Origin: Bacteriovoracia bacterium
GTDB lineage: Bacteria; Bdellovibrionota; Bacteriovoracia; Bacteriovoracales; Bacteriovoracaceae
NCBI GenBank assembly: GCA_046570105.1
Contig: JBKHVI010000044.1
Span: 1-23,568 of the forward strand
Direction of reading: 5' to 3'
Length of the DNA: 23,568 nucleotides
Every line of letters begins with the position of its first letter. Position 1 is the first letter of the stretch. This document shows positions 1 to 6,983 of this stretch, in pieces. Below the pieces are notes generated by a model. That model saw only the letters and a list, made by a program, of their open reading frames with translations. It made no database searches and was not told the origin of the DNA. The position numbers were made by a program, and so were the translations under genes.

Positions 1-888
1 GCGAATTGCTTCGTTTTCTGTAGCGTTGGGGCCCTCAATATTTTAATCACCAATCCACGGGATATTCCTGGTTTTGTGAAAGAGATGAAGAAGTGGAAGT
101 TCACTGCGATTACTGGTGTGAACACGCTCTTTAATGGTCTCTTGAACAACGCTGAATTTAGAAACCTTGATTTCTCACATCTCAAAGTCGCTTTGGGTGG
201 TGGGATGGCGGTACAAAAAGCCGTGGCCGATCGCTGGCGTGATGTCACCAAACGTCCGCTCATTGAAGCCTATGGTTTGACGGAAACATCTCCTGCCGCC
301 TGTATTAACCCTATGACGATCAAAGAGTATAACGGGTTTATTGGACTGCCGATTCCTTCGACCGAATTAGAAATTAAAGACGAAGCAGGTCAACCGCTGC
401 CCATTGGTGAAGTGGGCGAGCTCTCTATTCGTGGTCCCCAAGTCATGAAGGGCTATTGGATGAAACCGGAAGAAACCGCCAAGGTGATGACGCCAGATGG
501 ATTCTTTCGCACGGGTGATTTAGGCTATATGACTCCAGAAGGTTTTGTAAAAATCGTCGATCGTAAGAAAGACATGATTTTGGTTTCTGGTTTCAATGTT
601 TATCCCAATGAACTTGAAGATGTGATTTGCCAGAACAGTAAAGTGCTCGAGTGTGCCGCGATCGGTGTACCAGATGATAAATCCGGTGAGGCGATCAAAG
701 TCTATATCGTTAAGAAAGATGAATCGCTCACGAAAGAAGAGCTCATTGAGTACTGTCGCACCGGACTCACCTCATACAAAATCCCTCGCTACGTAGAATT
801 TAGAACCGAGCTTCCAAAAACCAACGTCGGTAAAATTCTTAGAAAAGATCTGCGCGAAGAAGCACTTAAGGAGTTCAAGAAATCATGA
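1..888 (+). CDS. fadD: Long-chain fatty acid-CoA ligase, 5'-truncated by the window edge
   Basis: Frame is open from base 1 (ANCFVFCSVGALNILITNPRDIPGFVKE...). Adenylate-forming enzyme motifs YGLTETSP, FFRTGDLG, IVDRKKDMILVSGFNVYPNE and LPKTNVGKILR are present. Confidence 0.93.
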   Translation, partial: ANCFVFCSVGALNILITNPRDIPGFVKEMKKWKFTAITGVNTLFNGLLNNAEFRNLDFSHLKVALGGGMAVQKAVADRWRDVTKRPLIEAYGLTETSPAACINPMTIKEYNGFIGLPIPSTELEIKDEAGQPLPIGEVGELSIRGPQVMKGYWMKPEETAKVMTPDGFFRTGDLGYMTPEGFVKIVDRKKDMILVSGFNVYPNELEDVICQNSKVLECAAIGVPDDKSGEAIKVYIVKKDESLTKEELIEYCRTGLTSYKIPRYVEFRTELPKTNVGKILRKDLREEALKEFKKS

Positions 889-2201
889 ACGTCTTGGTGT
901 TGGAAAATACCGCAGAGTTAGCCGAGTTGATGGGACTCTATCTTTCTTCATTGAGCTCCGCTCAAGTCACTGCCACTCATCGTATTGAGGAAGGCACTAA
1001 GCTAATGAGTGATGGCAAGATCGATGTTTTGATATTGAATCAACAATTCATGGCCGCTGGGCTTGATACGGCCTACAAGAATTGGCGTTTAAAAAACCCG
1101 CAGGCCGCTTTGGTCTTGATCGGGGAGTCTCCCAAAGGGGAGGAAGCAAGTTTCTTTCTTCACTCAGCGCACTTGGTGCAAGAAACGAAAGAGATGCTCA
1201 AGGCCCCTTTTTGGCGCCGTCTTGCAGGTAAGCCCCCCGAACTTCCATTGCCGCTCTCACCCTACTTGGTTTACCGCTTAGGAGTGTGTCCGGCCGATCT
1301 TTTTTTAAAGCTGGGTGAAAATAATTGGGTCAAGCTTTTTCACAAAGGCTCTCCTTTTGGCGAAGAAGAACAAAAGAAATTTGAGAGCAAAAATCTCAAA
1401 GAATTTTACATCCTGGCCGAAGATGTCAATGTCGCGATGGAGCACTTTGAAGATCTACTCAGCTCACTGAAAGCAACGAGTGATTTGCAAAATGTCACAC
1501 TGATCACCGATGCCACTGAATTTATCTTCCATTCGCTTAAAGAAAATAGTTTCAGTGACCCACTTAAAAAAGTCGCGCAAACAGCGATTTCTCAATCTCT
1601 CGCGGTTGTGCGTTCAGAGCCCTCGCTCAAGAGTTTTGTGGATAAGATCTTTCGTCCTGAACATGCCTGGATGGTTCGCCACAGCTTGATCATTACTCAC
1701 ATCGCCTGTGGGCTGGCCACTCAGTTGGGTTGGACGAGCGAGCAGACCTATATCAAAATTGCCACTGCAGCTTTACTCCATGACATGACACTGCCGCGCT
1801 TAGATCAAGATGAAGAAGTGTGGCTCATGAGTGCCAGCGGTGAAAAACTGCGCGAGGGGATGGATCAAGAGATGAAGGCCTTCTTGCAGCATCCGATTGA
1901 TGGTGCCCAGATGATTCGTCGGCATAAATCGATTCCGCCTGACACGGATAAAATTTTGCTTGAGCACCACGAACTCCCCGACGGAACGGGTTTTCCACGT
2001 TCATTAACTGCCACACAAATTAGTCCGCTGGGCTCAGTGTTTATTCTCTCGCATGCCATCGCCACGGTCTTGCTTCACGAACAAAATCCTAAGGACTGGT
2101 CACTGAAATTGATAAAAGACAGACTTGGTGAGGACCGCTGGACTGCGGGACACTTTAAGAAGGCCTGGCAAGCTATGGAGAAAACAGAATTCTTTGCATA
2201 A
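885..2201 (+). CDS. HD-GYP-type phosphohydrolase with a degenerate N-terminal receiver-like domain
   Basis: ALLHD dyad, HPxxG and HHELPDGTGFP (GYP changed to GFP). N-terminus MNVLVLEN...IDVLILNQ is REC-like. ATGA overlap with the fadD stop. Confidence 0.8.
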   Translation: MNVLVLENTAELAELMGLYLSSLSSAQVTATHRIEEGTKLMSDGKIDVLILNQQFMAAGLDTAYKNWRLKNPQAALVLIGESPKGEEASFFLHSAHLVQETKEMLKAPFWRRLAGKPPELPLPLSPYLVYRLGVCPADLFLKLGENNWVKLFHKGSPFGEEEQKKFESKNLKEFYILAEDVNVAMEHFEDLLSSLKATSDLQNVTLITDATEFIFHSLKENSFSDPLKKVAQTAISQSLAVVRSEPSLKSFVDKIFRPEHAWMVRHSLIITHIACGLATQLGWTSEQTYIKIATAALLHDMTLPRLDQDEEVWLMSASGEKLREGMDQEMKAFLQHPIDGAQMIRRHKSIPPDTDKILLEHHELPDGTGFPRSLTATQISPLGSVFILSHAIATVLLHEQNPKDWSLKLIKDRLGEDRWTAGHFKKAWQAMEKTEFFA

Positions 2202-2242
2202 ATTCGTCGGGGCAAAGAAGGCATTTGTCAGAAAAACAATGC

Positions 2243-2272
2243 TTCCCGGATGGCACAAGATTTCTTTAGAAT
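2243..2272 (+). promoter_or_regulatory. Putative sigma70 promoter for the candidate sRNA
   Basis: TTCCCG-N18-TAGAAT. The -10 is good and the -35 is weak. No sizeable plus-strand ORF follows. Confidence 0.35.
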
Positions 2273-2278
2273 CATAAG

Positions 2279-2377
2279 AAGTTCTAAGAAAAGAAAGATC
2301 AAGGATGATTGCACCTGAGAAGGATTTCAGGGTCGCTCTCAGAGCCAAAGAAGCGCCTGTGCAGGGCGCTTTTTTTT
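2279..2377 (+). ncRNA. Candidate CsrA/RsmA-binding small RNA (or structured 3' UTR)
   Basis: Two hairpins with AGGA loops (GATCA-AGGA-TGATT and CCTGAGA-AGGA-TTTCAGG) lie between a -10 box and an intrinsic terminator. Confidence 0.45.
2351..2377 (+). terminator. Rho-independent terminator
   Basis: AAGCGCC-TGTGCAG-GGCGCTT stem-loop whose 3' arm runs into a T8 tract (2370-2377). Confidence 0.85.
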
Positions 2378-2421
2378 GGTCAAAATCAGTGTTAAGACAT
2401 TGTTAACAGGCGATAATGCGA

Positions 2422-2447
2422 TGCACGATAATAAAGATTATCGTGCA
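2422..2447. repeat. Perfect 11-bp inverted repeat
   Basis: TGCACGATAAT-AAAG-ATTATCGTGCA, located just past the stop of the minus-strand 81-aa ORF. Confidence 0.7.
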
Positions 2448-2469
2448 AAAGGGGTCATTTTTAGGGCCT

Positions 2470-2715
2470 TTATGGAGCGAAATCCCGCGCATACTGAGGC
2501 CTTGTTTCTGCCCCGTATGGAATGGTCTTAATTTCGATTTTAAGCGGTTCTTGGGGGTTCCCCAGCGTCTTTAAGCGTTCGGCCAACGGTGGCATTTCGA
2601 GGGCATTTTCATCACTGTTTTCAACTTGGATTCCAAGCTTCGTGAGCTCTACTGAAAGCCACTCAGCGATGGTGCTTTTACCTTCAGCTTTGCCGGCGAA
2701 AATTTTGATAATCAT
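2470..2715 (-). CDS. Small hypothetical protein with a P-loop-like motif
   Basis: 81 aa, with AGGAAGG SD upstream of the ATG. N-terminal strand followed by AGKAEGKST (Walker-A-like). Confidence 0.65.
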   Translation of the reverse strand: MIIKIFAGKAEGKSTIAEWLSVELTKLGIQVENSDENALEMPPLAERLKTLGNPQEPLKIEIKTIPYGAETRPQYARDFAP

Positions 2716-2772
2716 ACAAGGCCCTTCCTGTGCTTATGTCTAAACCATAAGTCGTCAGGAAGGGCCATGTAT
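2714..2772 (-). promoter_or_regulatory. Long hairpin occluding the SD and start codon of the 81-aa ORF
   Basis: 17-bp arms 2714-2730 and 2756-2772 (one mismatch), plus an inner CTTATG/CATAAG stem. Confidence 0.6.
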
Positions 2773-2784
2773 TGTCGGGAAAAT

Positions 2785-3015
2785 CTAAGCAGCTTTAGTG
2801 GCCGGCAAGGCCTGATCGATTAAATCGTTAACGACAGTCTCTGGCAGGCCATCATACGAGGCCGCCTTGAGGATGATTTGTAATTTGGCATTGAGTTTAC
2901 CAATATTCAATCGTGTTCGATGATCAGATTCTGATTCAAGAACCGCTTCATGAATCAGGTCTCGATACTGACTCACAAGGCTTTCTTGAAATTGTTCTGT
3001 AGCAGTTGTGCGCAA
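2785..3015 (-). CDS. Small helical hypothetical protein (76 aa)
   Basis: A strong SD (GAGGAGG) precedes TTG at 3015, favoured over the track's ATG at 3042. Confidence 0.7.
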   Translation of the reverse strand: MRTTATEQFQESLVSQYRDLIHEAVLESESDHRTRLNIGKLNAKLQIILKAASYDGLPETVVNDLIDQALPATKAA

Positions 3016-3184
3016 AATTCCTCCTCGATATTGGTGGGTCATCGAAGTTTAAACCTGGAAAAGTTTCGGCCATAAGAAAAGTTGATAAAAATGCTTCGTC
3101 TCAACGTTTTCAGTGGGGTAGCTTGAGATTAAAAAAATTTCCTCACCCATTTCTCAACACTAACTAGTTAATTGGCCATGAAGA

Positions 3185-3214
3185 TTGGCACCCGCACTTA
3201 TCCTCCCCTACAAT
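3185..3214 (+). promoter_or_regulatory. Putative sigma70 promoter of the moxR operon
   Basis: TTGGCA-N18-TACAAT, followed by an AAGGA SD and ATG at 3238. Confidence 0.45.
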
Positions 3215-3237
3215 AAAATTTAACAAGGATAACAAAA

Positions 3238-4158
3238 ATGCCAGTACTTAGACCCTCCATCCAGTCCCTCTATGAAATGGGACTTAAGACCATGCCAGGC
3301 AAAGGACAAGAGGTTCTACTGGCCCTGACTGCCATCCTGGCGCAAGGCCATGTACTCATCGAAGACGTCCCTGGGATGGGGAAAACCACTTTGGTGAGAT
3401 TTTTAGGACAAGCTTTAGGCCTTCATTTAAAACGTGTGCAATTCACTAACGATCTTCTGCCGGCCGATATTTTAGGCGTGTCGGTTTATCGACCAGAGAC
3501 GCGGGAATTTCATTTTCGTCCAGGTCCAGTTTTTACCACTTTGCTCTTAGCAGACGAACTCAACCGTGCTCCTCCGAAAACTCAATCGGCCTTGTTACAA
3601 GCAATGGAAGAAAAATTCGTCAGCGTTGAAGGAGTCAATCATCAACTTGATCCTTTGTTTACTGTTATGGCGACTCAGAACCCGCGCGGCATGTCTGGAA
3701 CTTTTGCGCTGCCTGAATCACAACTTGATCGCTTCCTTTTGAAATTTCCGATGGGACTTCCCGGTCATGAAGCTGAAAAAACACTTTTACAGGGCCCCCC
3801 TCGTAAGGACTTTATTGATAAATTAGAGGCCATCACCAGTAGCGAGGAAATTAAGTCATGGCAGAGTGCCGTGCAAACCATCACAGCAACAGATGCGCTG
3901 GTTGAGTATATTTTGCGCCTACTCAATGAATCACGTCAGCGACAAGAAACCCGTGCGCTATCACCAAGAGCTGGCATCGATATTCTACGTGCCGCGCGTG
4001 CCTGGGCCTGGGTTAATAATCGTCAGCATGTTTTACCGGAGGATGTGCAATTTATTTTCCCTGCCGTTGTCGGCCACCGTTTACCGATGCAAGAAGCGGG
4101 CTGTGCAGTGGAATATAACTTAGCTCGCGATATTCTCAGTAAAGTGGCCGTTGTTTAA
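3238..4158 (+). CDS. moxR: MoxR-family AAA+ ATPase
   Basis: HVLIEDVPGMGKT (Walker A), RVQFTNDLLPADILG, LLADELNRAPPKTQSALL, ATQNP and LPESQLDRF. Confidence 0.95.
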   Translation: MPVLRPSIQSLYEMGLKTMPGKGQEVLLALTAILAQGHVLIEDVPGMGKTTLVRFLGQALGLHLKRVQFTNDLLPADILGVSVYRPETREFHFRPGPVFTTLLLADELNRAPPKTQSALLQAMEEKFVSVEGVNHQLDPLFTVMATQNPRGMSGTFALPESQLDRFLLKFPMGLPGHEAEKTLLQGPPRKDFIDKLEAITSSEEIKSWQSAVQTITATDALVEYILRLLNESRQRQETRALSPRAGIDILRAARAWAWVNNRQHVLPEDVQFIFPAVVGHRLPMQEAGCAVEYNLARDILSKVAVV

Positions 4159-4161
4159 AAC

Positions 4162-5070
4162 ATGCAACTCCCCCGCTGGATCCATCAACGAGTTCGTCGA
4201 AAACCTCAGGTGTACCTATTGCCCACCACTGAAGGTCTATGGTGGTTAGGGACGATTGGTTTACTGATGATTATGGGTTGGGGTTACACCAATAATTTGT
4301 GTCTCGCTCTGGGAATGATTTTGGCAGCGATGACTGTCGTCTTGTTAATGGAAGCCCACTTTAATTTAGAAGGGCTAAAACTTGATAAAATTATTATCGA
4401 AGATCAATTCTTAGGACGTGCCTCACAAGTTCGCTACAGTTGGAAATCGAAAAAAAAACGGGCACGCCATAAAATTGTTTTATCTTGGGATGGCCCTGGA
4501 CCTGTCGGATCCACCCAATCAAATCCTCCCGCCACTTCGGGAGAAAGCATGACGGAGTGGACTTTTTCAAAGCGTGGATTATGGCAGCATAACCATGTCA
4601 TTTTAAGTTCTCGCTATCCTTTAGGTCTTTTTAGATCCTGGAGCTACCATCCTCAGCCAATTGAAGCATGGGTTTACCCAAAACCCATTGCTGGCAAGCC
4701 TAGTAAGAAAGATGGTAACGAAGGTGTCGGTGAGGCACGAATGATTGAAGCCACTTCTGGAGATGAACCGGGCGATGTACGACGTTACCAAGAAGGAGAC
4801 TCACCGACTCGCGTTGCCTGGAAAGTTTTAGCGCGCGGCCTTGGAGCGCATACCAAAACTTTTTTAACAGAGACCCAAGAGATGCACGACTACCAATGGC
4901 CTTGGGGGGCAGCTGATGAAGAGGCACGCTCCAAACTGGCCTTTGCTATCGAAGCTCATCAGTTGGCACATGAAAACTGGGGCCTCACAGTTCATCAAAC
5001 AAACTTAGGTTTTAACTTTGGAAGACTTCACCATCAAAAATGTTTGCGTGCACTCGCGGTGGCAACATGA
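4162..5070 (+). CDS. DUF58 domain membrane protein
   Basis: N-terminal TM helices, RG...YPLGLF, VYPKP and VRRYQEGDSPTRVAWK. Canonical position after moxR. Confidence 0.88.
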   Translation: MQLPRWIHQRVRRKPQVYLLPTTEGLWWLGTIGLLMIMGWGYTNNLCLALGMILAAMTVVLLMEAHFNLEGLKLDKIIIEDQFLGRASQVRYSWKSKKKRARHKIVLSWDGPGPVGSTQSNPPATSGESMTEWTFSKRGLWQHNHVILSSRYPLGLFRSWSYHPQPIEAWVYPKPIAGKPSKKDGNEGVGEARMIEATSGDEPGDVRRYQEGDSPTRVAWKVLARGLGAHTKTFLTETQEMHDYQWPWGAADEEARSKLAFAIEAHQLAHENWGLTVHQTNLGFNFGRLHHQKCLRALAVAT

Positions 5071-6983
5071 GGCCTTGGCACACCTTTGCCCTCATTTTGG
5101 CGGTCATTTGTTTTTTTGCGTTCGAAGAAATTAGCTGGCCCAGCTATTTGGTCGTTTTCACTTGTCTTGTTTTAAGGCATAAAAAAATATTTCCTCCTGC
5201 ATGGTTTTATAAACTCATTGGCGTTTTAGTCTTTTTGTTTGCCTTCTTAAAACATGGGCTCACTGTTAACCCTGAAATGGGACTGAATCTTCTTTTGTCG
5301 GTAGTCGCACTAAAACTCCTAGAGGCCAAAGAGAGTCGCGACTGGCGGATGCTCACCTTGGGAAGTTTTTTACTATGGTCAACCGCCGCGCTTTTTGTAA
5401 AAACGCCATTATTTTTTATTTGTGCGCTCCTGGGACTGGGCCTTGCTATCAGGGCCCTGGTCATGAGTTTAGAAGAAGAAATGAAAGTCAGTTGGCGTGA
5501 GCTCTCCGTCTGGGTTATGCGAGCTCTTCCCCTTTCCGTCATCCTCTTTATTCTTTTTCCTCGCTTTAGTTCAGGCCTCTGGACTCCCCCTCAACGCCCG
5601 ACCGAAGGAACAGTGGGTTTTAGTGAAGAGACGAGACCCGGTGATGTCGGTGAATTAAGAACCACTGGAGCACTCGCCTTTCACGCCAGCATTTCTCCAC
5701 TGCCTGCGCGCGATAAGCTCTATTGGCGAGGCGTAACCATGACTGGCCATGATGGTTGGAATTGGTTTGTCACTGCCGCCGATGAATATCAATATCCTTT
5801 TGCTGAGGCGGGACGCCTTCCATCTCCTGTTTGGTGGCAGCAAGAAATTATTCATAAAAAAGCTGTTCGCCGAACATTTTCTCTCGATTGGCCCGTGTGG
5901 TGGGAGCATGATGGGAAACAAGCGGAAGCTGGATCACAAGGAACGCTGCGCTTCCCTAGTTATCAATCTTTTCGTCGCTACAAAGCCGTCTCCACCGATA
6001 TTTCACAAAATAATTCTCAATCGGAAAATCTCAGAGAGGCGCTGATTGCACCGAAGAAGCTTCCTAAGGAATTACAGGGAACAAAACCACAAAATTTGAC
6101 CGAAGCGCTGGCAAGACTCGAGCGGTTTTTCACAGAAGAAGGTTTTGTCTATTCGATCACAGCTGGACGCATGACCAGCTTGCCTGATTTTTTTAACAAC
6201 AAACGTGGCTGGTGCGCTCACTATGCCTCGAGCACTGCCCTCATCTTGCGCGCCTGGGGGTTTCCTGCGCGACTGGTATCAGGCTATCTCGGCGGAGAGT
6301 TCAATTCACAAGGAGAGCATTTTACTGTCTCCGAAGATGATGCCCATGTATGGGTAGAAGCATTTTATGAGAATCGCTGGCAACGGATCGATCCAACTGT
6401 GTGGATTATCCCAGAAAGAGTTGAATTAGACGGAGGAGAGTTTTTTCGCAGACGCGAGACAGGGCGCTGGTGGAGTCAACTAAAAGGCCCTGATTGGTGG
6501 CGCAGTTCCAAGATGTGGGTAGATCATATTAATTTTCGCTTCCTGGTCTGGAGCGAAGACTTTGATCGGGAAAAACAGCGCGTATGGGCCGGTGAGATGA
6601 AAATGAATCTCGCCACTTTCTATAGTCTTGGTCTATGGACTCTGTTAGGTGCGATGGTCTTATACTGGGTGTGGGATTTTTATCGGTCTCGTCGCTTACT
6701 CACGCAGCTAGAAATGACGACTCGAATTTGGCAGGACTTTTGTCAAACGTTGAAGCAGCAAGAGATCGATATATCAGCCGATTGGGGACCTCAGAAAACC
6801 TATGAATATTTACTGACTCGAGAATTTGCTAATAAAAAAGAAATTCTCGAATGGCTCAAGTCATGGGAGCAGGAGCTTTATGTTCATCCCACTGACTCTG
6901 GTATCATTGAATTACAAAAAAAATTAAGAGGGCTTCTCTTCCTTGGAATCAGTCGCCTCACTCGCCTCAGGCGCCGCCGCTGA
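5067..6983 (+). CDS. DUF3488/transglutaminase-like membrane protein (TgpA-like)
   Basis: Multi-TM N-terminus, LKLLE, LFPR, YWRG and a Cys-His-Asp triad (GWCAHYA, AHVWVE, IDPT). Start set at the ATGA overlap with DUF58. Confidence 0.88.
   Translation: MRPWHTFALILAVICFFAFEEISWPSYLVVFTCLVLRHKKIFPPAWFYKLIGVLVFLFAFLKHGLTVNPEMGLNLLLSVVALKLLEAKESRDWRMLTLGSFLLWSTAALFVKTPLFFICALLGLGLAIRALVMSLEEEMKVSWRELSVWVMRALPLSVILFILFPRFSSGLWTPPQRPTEGTVGFSEETRPGDVGELRTTGALAFHASISPLPARDKLYWRGVTMTGHDGWNWFVTAADEYQYPFAEAGRLPSPVWWQQEIIHKKAVRRTFSLDWPVWWEHDGKQAEAGSQGTLRFPSYQSFRRYKAVSTDISQNNSQSENLREALIAPKKLPKELQGTKPQNLTEALARLERFFTEEGFVYSITAGRMTSLPDFFNNKRGWCAHYASSTALILRAWGFPARLVSGYLGGEFNSQGEHFTVSEDDAHVWVEAFYENRWQRIDPTVWIIPERVELDGGEFFRRRETGRWWSQLKGPDWWRSSKMWVDHINFRFLVWSEDFDREKQRVWAGEMKMNLATFYSLGLWTLLGAMVLYWVWDFYRSRRLLTQLEMTTRIWQDFCQTLKQQEIDISADWGPQKTYEYLLTREFANKKEILEWLKSWEQELYVHPTDSGIIELQKKLRGLLFLGISRLTRLRRRR

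Noticed and set aside
2251..2265. Sigma54-like TGGCAC element
   Set aside because: The -12 position reads TTCT rather than TTGC, so the essential GC is missing. The same problem applies to TGGCAC at 3186 and 21307.
2305..2406. 33-codon ORF MIAPEKDF... inside the candidate sRNA
   Set aside because: No properly spaced SD, and it runs through the intrinsic terminator.
2392..2406. TTAA-N7-TTAA CtrA-box match
   Set aside because: CtrA is alphaproteobacterial, the site is between convergent genes, and the motif arises easily in AT-rich DNA.
2427..2442. Fur box (GATAAT...ATTATC)
   Set aside because: The 4-nt spacing fits neither the 19-bp nor the 7-1-7 Fur consensus, and no promoter is evident.
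3113..3150. Possible third remnant of the 168-bp element (GTGGGGTAGCTTGAGATT...TCACCCAT)
   Set aside because: Only short, gapped similarity to the terminal arms, and none of the internal conserved blocks.
3238..6983. MoxR-DUF58-transglutaminase operon as a novel system
   Set aside because: It is a widespread, well-described gene triad.
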